DNA of 62,415 nucleotides, the filler included, from Rhabdomonas costata (Eukaryota): the NCBI GenBank assembly GCA_019059605.1. It is 30 parts of 30 records of this genome, joined end to end, with 100 filler letters (N's around TTAATTAATTAA, not from the genome) between each part and the next. Parts side by side here need not be neighbours in the genome. Positions count along the whole stretch, not along the records: positions 35,426 to 37,408 come from JAHMHO010006736.1; positions 37,509 to 39,492 come from JAHMHO010006737.1; positions 39,593 to 41,574 come from JAHMHO010006738.1; positions 41,675 to 43,656 come from JAHMHO010006739.1; positions 43,757 to 45,738 come from JAHMHO010006740.1; positions 45,839 to 47,820 come from JAHMHO010006741.1; 24 more parts are not named here. The stretch is one strand, 5' to 3'. The notes beneath the pieces were generated by a model. It was not told the origin of the DNA. It searched no databases and saw only the letters and a list, made by a program, of their open reading frames with translations. Position 1 is the first letter of the stretch, and each line of letters opens with the position of its first letter. The position numbers and the translations under genes are program-made. Below are positions 35,522 to 47,188 of this stretch, in pieces.

Positions 35522-37388
35522 CACGTGTACCGTGGCCGCAGAGCCGTCGTCTAGCACGGCCGTGTATGTGAAGCCGTCTGCACTGAAGTTCAGTGACACG
35601 CTACAGTAAACCAGGCTGACGTTGGCCAGGACCACCGTGCCGATGGCAGCCACCCCACCGCCTCCGACTGTGAGGGTGCCCTGTGACGAGAGCAGTTAGT
35701 TAAGAGATGCTCGCTGTGCCATGCCACCCCCGAGACAGAGATAGAGAGAGCAGGAAACAACAAACGGCAGCGAGACTGGAGACAACAAGAGAACCCCGAG
35801 TACTGTGAGAATGGGCCGAAAACTTGTGCCGAGGAAGGCAGACAGGGAGGCGAACTGGGAAAGCGATCTGGCCTGGTGTTCGCGGGGCACCCGTCTGTCT
35901 TTGGTTTGTGTGTTCGCGCCTTCCCGCCCGCTCATCTGTCAAGAGCCTTAGATCGTGCGCTCTCCGTGCAAACACCTTCCCGAGGACTCACGTGATCGTT
36001 GTTTTATTGTGTCTCCCCTGTGAAAAACAGAAGTTTCCGAAATGCTCCGGCTCCAGTCCCAGAGAAAAAGGTTAACACTTGCGCCCAGGTAAGTGTCTTG
36101 CCCATTTCCGGGGTGACTCCTGCCCGACTGGTGCAAGTCCCGAGGTCGACAGACAAGTACTATCGATGATGCTGGAACTCTACCATCCCCTAATAAACCA
36201 CAATGTGAGAAATTGATGCAATCACTTCCTGCTGCACTTTGGGCGACTTTGCACCGAGACATAGACGAAGTTACCACGCAACAGTCTTGTCGTTCTGTCT
36301 GTACGGTGTAATGCTACAAAAAGCAATGCACAGGCCTTAACAAGTAGGTCTCCAAGATTGCACCGCCACATTTCATAAGCTCAACCACATGCACAAGCAC
36401 ACAACACATCCCACGCACTCCCACACGGGCCTGCGTTGGGAGCACGGTGAGGGTGCGGTCGAAGGCCTCCGTGAGCTCCACCGCGCTGCCGGGGATGTAG
36501 CTCACCACCACAAAAGGGCTCTTCGAGTGCAGCACCGGCGCGGCGACAGGGGAGGGCTCGGGCCGGCGCTGCGGTCCGCAGCCCGAGTCCCGAAGGTTAC
36601 CGGTGTCCACCAGCCGCAGGCTAATGTTCTGAGCAGAGAGGGCCTGGCGGCGGTCCGGGGAGAAGCCCCCAGGGTCATCGAAATGCCACTGTACTACAAG
36701 ATTGGGGGTGTCCTCGGGAAGCCTGCAGTGTGTGAGTGTGAGTGTGAGTATGAGTATGTGTGTGAACGTGTGTATGAGGACAGTGCGCGGTCTGAATGTC
36801 AGTTAATGTAAATGTAAACGTGTGTGGCACGTGTCTCCGCAATGTAAAGCATAGTAAATTACCCCTGCATCACTCCTCCCCCGCATCAGCATCGCTCATG
36901 GTAAATCGCCCTCTAACGGATCAGTGAAATCCTCGAAAAAACCTTAGCAAAAACCCCGATGCATCCGTAAAGTATGGAGTCACTATCGTTACCCAAGGGG
37001 ATTCATTGTCGTTCCGAACACCGTTGTTTTTTTGTACTAGCCTCTCCACAGCTATGCAGTCCTCAAATACTTTAAATACTTTGGCCCCAGACCTGACCAG
37101 TTTGGTCAAAACGAAGTCGAATGGACGGGGTCAAGCATGCCCACCAAACGCGAAATTATCAGCTGTCTGATTTCTTCAGCTCGCCCGTGCAATAAAACAT
37201 GTGGCCGAAGATGATGAGCAGCTCCCTCACCTTGAACACAACACACATAAAGAAACACAGCCACACAGGAATTCAGAAAGCAGAAACCAAAAAGAAAATA
37301 TAAGTCGCAATAGAACCTGGATAGAAAGTTGCTCTGGACTTGGGACTGGTTCAGGGCCACCTTCCAGATGCGAACCTCATCTACGTAC
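35522..37388 (-). CDS. Surface/secreted-type protein with a LamG (ConA-like) domain followed by a cadherin/Ig-like domain; exons 37388-37317, 36722-36431, 35680-~35522
   Basis: YVDEVRIWKVALNQSQV...R|LPEDTPNLVVQWHFDD is a LamG C-terminus. LTVLPTQ|GTLTV...DGFTYT is a cadherin-like motif. Phases are consistent. Confidence 0.75.
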
Positions 37389-37706
37389 CTGGAAAGAGAA
37401 AACAAACANNNNNNNNNNNNNNNNNNNNNNNNNNNNNNNNNNNNNNNNNNNNTTAATTAATTAANNNNNNNNNNNNNNNNNNNNNNNNNNNNNNNNNNNN
37501 NNNNNNNNGGGTGTTGTGGTATGGCAGTTTTGTGGCTGGTTTACCCAGTGCTACCAGTTGTAAAATTTGGAATAGGTAGTTGAGGGACGCGAGGAAGTCC
37601 CCCCCCCGAAAAAAAGAAACCTTGGGGCGGGCTGCGCCTGGTTTCCAATGGTTTGCGTGCTCTTAGACTCTTTCTGGTCGGCTTCTTTGCCTTTGCCTTT
37701 GCCCAG

Positions 37707-39352
37707 CGACCTGGCCATGCATTGTGGGGATGACCACCCGGAGCTGCAGTGCCGCGATCCCGGCTGCGAGTGCTGCACTGCAGGCTGCGAGGGACACGAC
37801 CACACCACTAACCCCTCCGCTGACCCCGAGAAGACACCGAAGGCCTCCTCCAAAAGCACCCCTACCACTGCTTCAGGTACGCAGCAGGAGCCCGAGCCTA
37901 AGCCGAAGTTCAACCTCTGGAAGCACTTTGTGGAGAAGCACTACCACCCACAGCCTCAGCCCGAGGGCACCCATGTGGTGGGCCAGGCTGAGGCTGCACC
38001 AGTTGAAGCCTCTACCCCGACCCAATCCAAGGAAGCAGAGCAGAACCGAGTCTCACCTCGAGCCACGGACAAGCCCACGACTCAGCCTTCTCCCGAGGCA
38101 ACTGCACTCCCCGAAAGCCCGCCTGCAGCTGAAGTTAATGCCTCTCCCGAGGAGAACAGTGCTACAGGGCAGGCAGCTGCACCAGCGTCGGCCAAACCTG
38201 GGAAGACCGAGGAGCAGAGGGCCAAGGAGAAGGCTGAAGTTGAGGCGCAGAAGAAGGCCTTCGAGGGGTGGTTCGTGAGCACCCACAGCGTGAAGTTGGA
38301 GCACCCGACGGCGGAGACGGTGCGGGTGCAGATCAAGGAGTTCACGGGGAAGTTCCTGGAGAAGCACAAGAAGGGTGCGCTGTCCGCGCTGGGCGTGGAT
38401 GGGGTGATGGCGGTGCACGCCTACACTCTTGAGACGGAGATCTATCGAACGGTCGGTTCTTATTTCTTTAATGATAGTGGACGTGTTGTTAAATCGAGGA
38501 CTAGAAGACATGGGCATGTGCATTGCTTGCGTAGTGTATCTACTCGACACTGCGTACTCGCACCCGCACTCTGGCTCGTATTCGCATGTCCTTGCAGATC
38601 AATGAGGTGCTTCGGGGGGAGCTTTCGGCGGGTGAGCTGGAGCGGTGGCGGGCGTTCATCCTGCACCTCAACCAGGGCCTGTCCAGGCTGCCCAGGGTCA
38701 TCCTGCCCCCGGGAGCCTGCCTGTTCCGCGGCATCAACCGCTCCGTGGACCCGGTCCGTTTGAGCTCTGCCCGCTGTGGCTGTGTGGCTGTGACGCGCTC
38801 TTTTCGAACCAAAAACAGTCCAACAGTCCAACAAAAAATTGCTTCCCCACAAATCTTGCGCTCTATGGCTCATTGTCTAGATCGAACCCAACACATTGAC
38901 GGACGTGTCGCTCGTGCGCTTCGAGACGGAGAGCGGTCCAGCCCTGTATAGAGCCCTATTTTGTAGCATTTGTGTAAAGTGTGGTGCTGCAGTGGAAAGC
39001 TCGAATTGCCTAAAACCAGGTGGTCTTTTCTTGTTGTGGGGGTTGCGGGGGTTGCGGGGTTAAATTTCCAATGTCTCTGCACTGATTGGATTTTGAGTGT
39101 CGTGGCGGTATGGCTTCCTATATTACGGAGGGTCCCGAGTGATTTCTCCTTTTCCAGAAGCTCTACGGTGACAACAATTTTGTGGTGTGGCCGGCCTTCT
39201 CGTCGACCACGCTGGACCGCGAGGTCGCGCAGAACTTCTTCAGGAGCGCCACCGGGGACACCGAGGGCACGATGTTTATGATCATTCCTTTGCCCGAGGG
39301 CCAGAGCCGAGGCCACGAGATCGCCCCGCTGTCCGCCCTGCCCAAAGAACGA
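37707..39352 (+). CDS. R-S-E clade mono-ADP-ribosyltransferase domain protein; exons 37707-38451, 38598-38753, 39158-39352
   Basis: AVHAYT...IYRT|INEVLR...LNQGLSRLP...LFRG...WPAFSSTT...GTMFMI...EIAPLSALPKER| gives the catalytic Arg, the S-T-T motif and the first Glu of ExE. Introns are GT-AG, phase 0. Confidence 0.88.
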
Positions 39353-40137
39353 GTATCCCTCAATGCCTCCAACACACGCCGACATACGCGCTCTTACCCA
39401 CAGCATAGTAAGTGCACTTTGGTTTGCAGTGCAATGGCGGTTCGGGATTTGGGATTGGCTTCCCTGCCGCACACTCTTCTCCCCCACCCCCCNNNNNNNN
39501 NNNNNNNNNNNNNNNNNNNNNNNNNNNNNNNNNNNNTTAATTAATTAANNNNNNNNNNNNNNNNNNNNNNNNNNNNNNNNNNNNNNNNNNNNGGGGTTGT
39601 GTGGGTATAAATATTCTGGTGTAAGGTTTTTTTGCGTGGGCAATTTGCGTGAGCACTAAATAAGTAGATTTACAGTACTAATTTCTCCTGTAGATATTGG
39701 AAACAATCATTTGGAACTGCTTTGGCTATTTTACGTGTGAGGACAGTTCCAGTTTTTGGAACGCAGGAAACAAGGAAGCTCAGGCATGTGTGGCGTCTTG
39801 AAAAAATGAGGTGTCTTTCTGCATAGCCAAGACTGCGATTGTTGAACGTCAGCAGACTTCCCTCACTTCCCGGACCGCCGGTCTTCAGCGTTTCCACATT
39901 CCTCAGCCGACGAGAGGAAAGACGAAGAGAGTAGGCGGGGTCACTCGCCGGGGCCAGGTAATTAGGGAGAGGAGGACAGGCATTCAACTACCAACTGCTT
40001 TTCTCTCTAGCAACTGTCCCATCTGCATCAACCTGCTGGGGGAACACCTCGACCCTTATACGATGATGACCACACATGACCACACATGTGTAAGCTAACC
40101 AAAAAATCTTTTATCCCGCGTATACGCACACCAACAG

Positions 40138-41536
40138 TGGGACCTGGACGACGAGTTGTGTGAGCTGGCCGACGACTTCGCAGACAGACCCCTGCTCTCC
40201 AACAAAAGCTCCGAGCTCCGCAGCGTGCACATCTTGGACAGGCTGCCCTGCGTTCTCCTCCTCCTCCTTCTCTCTCTCGATCTCGCTCTCTCCTTTCCCT
40301 CAAACTCTGATCCCAAAGCGATTTCAGAACTCCGTGCCGTCTTGCCTTATGCGTCCTTCTTCCTTTCTGATCTGTGGCGCTTGGAAACATCTGTGCGGCG
40401 TTCCCTCTCATCTGCCCTTCCGCCACTCTGCTGCTGGCTCCCCAATCATTGCTAACCCTAATCATTGCTCACTTGCATAATCTCGCCTGTGCTCTGCTGC
40501 GCATTTATTCATGCCTCCTTCAGGAAACTTGAGGACCTGCAGCGGCACGCGACGGAGAAGCTGTTCTCGTATGGCCTTGTCCTCGCTTTGGCTTCGTGAC
40601 CTTTTCTTCTTGGCCATCAGTCTACCCGCTGGATTCACATAGGCCCTCACTTACTGGTGGTTAGTTACCTGCGGCCTTAGTTGTACCCGGAGCGTAGAGA
40701 GATGACATTCAGTCACCACGGGTTCTCCAGTTTGGCGTGGGTGTATAAGTTGAGAACTTGACGACAAAACCACGTGAACTACGGAACACGCTCTCAATGT
40801 GGAAGTCTTCACGACACCACCTCTCTGTGGAACACTTACTTACTGTGCCATATGGAAGCCCCCGGCATGATCCTTGGGTTGAGTGAGCGAGTAGGTATCC
40901 AGAAGTCATTTGTATTGGTGATCTCCTATTTTTTGAACCACGGGCAGTCTTAGGCAGCAGAGAAACGGGGTTCCGATGCAACATTCTGAATTGTTCTATG
41001 CAAACTAGTCGCATGGGGTGCAGGCAGATTGCACCTGCAGGTGGAGAGCCAGTTCAACTGGAAACGGAAAGTAAAAGGCAAATTTTCTGAAGGAGGTCTG
41101 CTCACAAGGTAACTGACGCATGAAGAGAGGGTGGGAGAGAGTCTTTGGAATGTGGTGAGGGGCGTGGCAACGGGAGGAAGTGAGGAATAGAGGGAATTCA
41201 CTGCTCGGAAAGCAACTGTGTGCTTAGGCTACTGCTGAAATCAATCAAGTAAGATTCTGCCACCAACTTACATGGGCTTAAGCTCTCTTTTGCGTAAGCT
41301 GTCATGGTTTCCTTCGCTCCATATTCTTGCGAATGCTGCTTGACGATTTCTGGATCCTGTGCGACATGGGTCCAGCTTCTACTGCGTCAGCGAGTCTTAG
41401 CGGCTTCATCTTTCATCTCTCTCGCTCGCTCGCTCTTCCCTTAGGCACTCCGTGGACAACGTGAGCAAGTTCGCGGCCTCTCTGCGGCCGTTCCTGCTGA
41501 ACGAGCCCGTGGAGTCCCAGCAGCAGCACCACCGCG
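40138..41536 (+). CDS. Two exons of an unknown protein (40138-40241, 41445-41536)
   Basis: WDLDDELCELADDFADRPLLSNKSSELRSVHILDR|HSVDNVSKFAASLRPFLLNEPVE joined through a phase-2 GC-AG intron. Confidence 0.55.
40470..41420 (-). mobile_element. Possible decayed non-LTR retrotransposon reverse-transcriptase relic inside an intron
   Basis: Disrupted frames contain MKPLRL (~41400), YLIDFSSSLST (~41235) and TQGS (~40875) in the order of the RT motifs RPIxL, D(F/L)xxAF and QG. Confidence 0.33.
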
Positions 41537-41674
41537 GTAGCATCTTTGGGGGGGAGCACCGCCCCACCCCCCCCNNNNNNNNNNNNNNNNNNNNNNNNNN
41601 NNNNNNNNNNNNNNNNNNTTAATTAATTAANNNNNNNNNNNNNNNNNNNNNNNNNNNNNNNNNNNNNNNNNNNN

Positions 41675-42852
41675 CGCCATGTCTTTCAGCGCGATGTCGC
41701 GGTGCTCGTGGTAGTAAGCCACTTGGTCGTCCCGGGAGACAATGCTGATCAGCTCCAGGAAGAACCTCGGGGGAATCGCGGGGGAGATGTAGATCTTCGT
41801 GGAGCGCTCCAGACGCACAACCTCGCTCCAGTGCAAATAGAAGGTCTGGTCTCCGTACACTTTCGCCAGGCTACTGACCGAAAGGCTGTCGAGGACGCTT
41901 CTCAGCTTGTCCTCTCCAAAATGGCCCTTGTAGTACTCCTCCAAGAAGGCCGCGGAGATGTAAATGTCGTTCCGGGGGGGAGGGTCTAGCTGGGAACGGA
42001 ACTTAACCACAGGAAGCCCCGCCGTTTTCCCGGGATCCATTTTAATCAGAAGCTGCATCTCGTGATCCGTGCCCTGCGTGAAGCCAATGGAGAGACCATC
42101 GAGGTAATTTCGGAAAGTAGTGAGGGGCTCGGGGAGAAATGAAAACGCAAACCCAAGTGGGTCCAATTCCAGTGCGGTCGTCTCCAGTCCCCCCCCCCCC
42201 GACGTTCGGACGGAAGGCAGTGGCACGCTGGACGGTTCAAAGTTACAACAACAAGAAGCTCCTCATTCCTTTACTCAATGCCGGGGAAGTCGAAGGCGAG
42301 GCATGTTTGCTCCCCATTTTGGCTTCCTGGCATATTGCGTTGAGTTAACAGGCACTAAAATAAAGCAAACGACGCAGCGAACCACACCAGCCTGTCCAGG
42401 AACAAGTGGGCCAGCCGCAGTTCCCAGGGAATCTTGCTGTCCAGGGAGAACTTCTTTTCGCCGCAGACCGCATTGTACCCATCAAAGGGCTCCCCCTGCT
42501 CCAGCACTCTCTGGTCCTCTCTGGTTGAGCTGTCCTCAGGCGCCTTCAGCAAAAGATAGCTTTTGTGCATCACCAGCTGCTTGGCGGCGCCCTCCCGCGG
42601 GCGGGAGCTGCTCTTCGAAGGGGTCACCACAGCAGAAGCGGGTAAAGAGAGCTTCCACTGGGCATATTCTGAAGAGTAGGCCTTCTCTAGCAGGCGGTGG
42701 AAGTCGTCGAAGAGGGACTTGGCATCATCGGGGCGGATGAAAAGGAAAGCGGAGAGCAATTGGTCCGCGAGGGGATACAGGCCCACCTTGCGGACGTAGT
42801 CGTAGTGCACGGCGTCGTACTGCCCACATCCGCGAGTTCGCGACATTACCAT
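41675..42852 (-). CDS. Unknown protein, two long exons (~42852-42388, 42127-contig end)
   Basis: Two long GC-rich open frames joined in phase by a GT-AG intron (LFLDRL|PLTTFRNYL). No family recognised. Confidence 0.7.
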
Positions 42853-45800
42853 ACAAACCGACAGGGAAAAATCACACAAATAGAAACAGAATGTCCAATG
42901 ACTACAATAGCAAGAGAAAAAGAAAGAAACAAAGGAAACCACTTTCAACAACTACGCGAGATCTGGGGCCTGCACCAAAACAGTGAGGTTTTCTCCAAGC
43001 ACCTCAAGACCCTGATTTGCTTGCCCCAACCACCCGAAGACCCGTTGCGGTTTTAGAAGCTGGAGTTTTCATTTTCCAGGGAAATTTCGATGTTCAGATA
43101 AAATGGCCAAAAGCGGACCCGCATTAACCGAGGCCGTACCGGCACCCCCGCTGCCTAACTAGGCTCCACGACAGTGAATACCGGAAAAACAACGCTTGCT
43201 ACGGTGTGGTACTTCCTCTTCTTTAAAGACGGCAAAGGAGCTTTTTCTTCAATGACAAACACTATTGCATGCTATATTACACTAGTCGCATAATTACGTT
43301 CATCGAGAGCTGGCCTGACCCCACTGTGACCCACGCTAACCTAAGCACAATCTTGCTGCTGCAACTGAATAACACCCGACTCTTGTGGTATCAAAGAAAA
43401 GAGAATACCGAAAGGAACAAAAAAAAGAACATCCAGAGAGTGCAGAGGGTGAGCCGCCTACCCTTTAAGAACCCTTTCACCTCAGCCCGCCAGGGCGACT
43501 TCTGGTCAGCTGTGCAGTCCTCGAAAAGGGCAGCCTTTCACAGCAGAAGGTGAAGGTGTGTGTGAGGTCCAGGGGTAAATGGGACCCCCTTAAAACCTCG
43601 TGCAGGACGCATCTGCGCCGCCAAAGCGACCCTGTCGTACTGACTTCGGAATACTGNNNNNNNNNNNNNNNNNNNNNNNNNNNNNNNNNNNNNNNNNNNN
43701 TTAATTAATTAANNNNNNNNNNNNNNNNNNNNNNNNNNNNNNNNNNNNNNNNNNNNTTTGTTTGATGTGCGGGTTGTGGTTCAGGGCTACATATACTACG
43801 AGTGCCGTGAGTGCCGTACGCGATGGAAGATCCTCTCGGCCAGGCGCCGCCTTGAGGTAAGGGGGCCAGCGATGAGGAAATGGGCAACGGCGCCCGGTTC
43901 ACTGTGAGTTTTTTCCCGCCCCCCGTGCGGTGAAGGCTCACAGTCCTTCTTTTTCCCATTGCACTGCACCTTTCTTGTGATAGGAGGCCCTTGGTGCTCA
44001 CTACGCAGCCCTGAGAAAGCTTTCTTATCAAGCGAGTTTCACTTTTTTTTGCTTTTAGATAGCAGCCTACTTCTCTGAGAGAAGAGGAAAATGGGGGAGC
44101 ATTCTCTGGTGGTTTCCCTGCTTCTTCGGGTTACTTTGCTTTTTGCTATACTTGGCTGTCCGAATCACCCGGGAATTGAGAGCTAGTCCATGGTTCACTC
44201 CCCCTTCATTTACCCCACCCCTTCCCGTCTGCTTTCTCTTTATGCTTTTATTGTTGTGGTTCAAGCGGCCCACCTGCAGAACTCCATTGGGCTGCGCTGT
44301 CTGCCCACTGGGGGGCCGTCTTTCGGTTTTGGAACGATGGCCGGATTTCTCAGGTTTTTTAGGCTGTGAAACCTCCTGCCCTACCTTTTGCCCATCCTGG
44401 TAAAATACGTGCTTGTGGGGGTTGCACAAAACATTTAGGGGTTTAAGGTATTCCAACTCCACTCGGGTGCGAGTGCGAGTGGTCTCCCAATCCCGCCCGC
44501 ACGCCCACTACGCCACCATTCATCAATGCATTACCCTTGCACAGCTGCAATGGCTGAGGTTAGCAGCCACACACATCCCTCCACACACACACTCACCCAT
44601 CGCCCGGCCGCCCCGAATGTCGAAACGCTACCTGCCAAGAGCAGAAACGAGCCCAGATCATCGAAATTAGGTGGAAAATAGACGTCAAAGTTTCATTTGT
44701 TTGTTTTTGATTAAGAGCCAGGGTTAGATAAACTAGCTTATGTCCTAGAATTTCTATTTTCGAAGTTGCAGGGTGTGACCAACCAGCCAGTGCACTACAA
44801 CGGTTGATTTCCAGACGAAGGTACAGGTTTTACCTTACGGGTCCAGAAACCCGCTTTCCCTTGGCACGTCCACCCCAGCACCTACCCATTCACCTCTTTG
44901 CTGCTCTCCTCCAAAACACTGAAACACTGAAACAGTGCACACATAGTGTTTGGGCACCGAATCATTTGGAGTCTTCATTCCTCGGAAATCTGCTGCTTTT
45001 TTTTGTGCACGCTTACTCGCTCTCTATCTCTATCTCTCTCGGCTTCCGCAGTGCAGTGCTTCCTGTGCGTTGCTGAGGTCCTTCGGAGCGTCGACTCTAC
45101 AACTGATGGAGCCACAACGGATGGGACGCGGCTGGGGGTGGATTTTCTGTCGGCTCTGACGCTCACGCAATACCGTTTCCAACCGCGGTTACATTCTCTT
45201 TGCACACAACTTTCTTTACATATACTGTGTTCACATAGATAGGTGGCTTGCTTCGTCCGAGCGACGAGTATGGGTTTCCCTTGGTTGCCGTTTGAGCCAT
45301 TCCATGATCATCTTAGTGCAGAAGAAATGTGCTCATTCCTTCGGAGAGGACATTTCTTGGTTCTACGCGCGCGTTGAAGTGTACGCGCGAGCATTTGCAT
45401 GCTCACTCCTTTCCCGGCGGAGGAGGATTCGAGCTCCTTATCGTGGACAAAGCCGAATATGTGGTCGTTCCGTGGGCGACATCCCTGTGGAGCTTTTGCC
45501 AAGCTTAACGGTTTGGTAAGTGGAAGGGAACCAGCCGCAGGGCAGTAATTGCATTCAAAATTCAGAGAACCGTGCGCAGCTTTCTAAAGCACCAGCTTGA
45601 TTGGCCACACGAGCCAGCATCATACTACAAATTTTTCCACGCCATGGTAGGCGTGTTGTTGGAAGCCGATGCCCGATACTCACGCTAGTAACCCTTGATG
45701 AACCCCTGAACACCGGAACCCAGCTATGCCAGAGCCTCNNNNNNNNNNNNNNNNNNNNNNNNNNNNNNNNNNNNNNNNNNNNTTAATTAATTAANNNNNN

Positions 45801-45979
45801 NNNNNNNNNNNNNNNNNNNNNNNNNNNNNNNNNNNNNNGGGGGGTGGTGGGAGCGTCAATGTTTTGGAAGAAGCTCGCCAACTCCATGTCGACGAGCTTC
45901 TTCCAAAACATTGACGCTTCCACAACCACCAGCAGCAGCAGCGGTAACCCTACTCCCTTCATTTCTGCGTGACTCACAG

Positions 45980-47188
45980 GGTCTCCTCCACCAGTGCGGT
46001 GGTCAACACTAGCGCGCCCTTTCCGGCGCCCCAGGCTCGCACCTTCCTGGGCTTCGGCACCCTGAGAGGATCCGCGGCGGACTTCACGGGGTCCCTGTTC
46101 GACGTCCGCCTGTACGCCCGGGCCCTCCTGCCCTCTGAGCTCGCCTTGCTCCGCAGCGACGGCTGTGGTGCGTGCGTGCATGCATGCACCTGCATATGTG
46201 CATTTTTGTGTCCGTGTCTTCCTTCGCCATCTTCCAAGTGCATTGAAGGCTTCCGTTCCGTGCTAGATAAGCCCGACCAATATGTATGTAGAAAGTTGTG
46301 GTCTGTGTGGTTTGGTTACCGTGGAGCCTACGCCATAGTATGGATTCCAACGTTTTTATTTGGGCGGCTTTGGGGGGAGATGTTCACTCTCGTGGATTCC
46401 AGATTGGGCCTTATTTAGCGCCGAACTTACACTTTCCCTTTAACGAAGTCAGCTGGAGGGCATTTGGAATGATCGACAATTCCTGCGCAGCATATTCGTG
46501 AGTAGTGTATTATGCCGGCCATAGTAAGGCTGTCTACAAGTTCGTTTTAAAGACTTGCATATTCTCATAGCCCCCCCCCCCTGGCAGGACTGGGCAGCCT
46601 TCGAGCAACCTTTTGTCACCTGACAGCGTTCCCGTGGACTGGAACTCAATGTTCGCAGGAAATAGGAGGGGGGGGGGAGAAGATCGGAGGGGCCCATAAA
46701 TTCACTTAAACCGAAGTCATCTCGGGATTTAGGAAGATTTGACACTTCAACCGTCAAACGTGCTGCTAACGGCTTTTTGTGTACCCCCCCACCTTCTTCT
46801 CAGGTTCTCACGGTCGGCATTTCTCCGCGCAACATGCACACTTTTCCCCTCTCAGGTGGCATCATTTCTCCGCGCAACATGCACACTTTTCCCCTCTCAG
46901 GTGGCATCACTCTCTCCGTCGCGGCGGCCATCTCGACCTCTACGGCGGTGACTCAGCTGCAGCGCTTCTCGAGCTCCTCGGGGAGTTCCAGTCAGTCCTC
47001 GGGGTACCCTGCGGCCCAGGGCAGCAGCGGCGTGGCCACCACCTTCGCCATCACCGACAGCCGCGGGCTTGGGGTGCTGAGCCCCGGGGTCTCTGCGGGG
47101 CCGTGGCTGCTGACGGTGAAGTCCACGGCGGCCCCGCTGTCCAGCGCAGGGACCCTTACCCTGGCGGGCTGGAGCCTGAGGATTACGG
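45980..47188 (+). CDS. Surface-type protein: LamG C-terminus plus P-domain-like beta sandwich; exons 45980-46167 and 46901 (or 46856)-~47188
   Basis: FTGSLFDVRLYARALLPSE is LamG-like. GPWLLTV...GTLTLAGWSLRI resembles the end of a proprotein-convertase P domain. Confidence 0.65.
46818..46909 (+). repeat. 45-nt perfect tandem duplication spanning a 3' splice site
   Basis: CATTTCTCCGCGCAACATGCACACTTTTCCCCTCTCAGGTGGCAT starts at 46818 and again at 46863. Confidence 0.95.
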
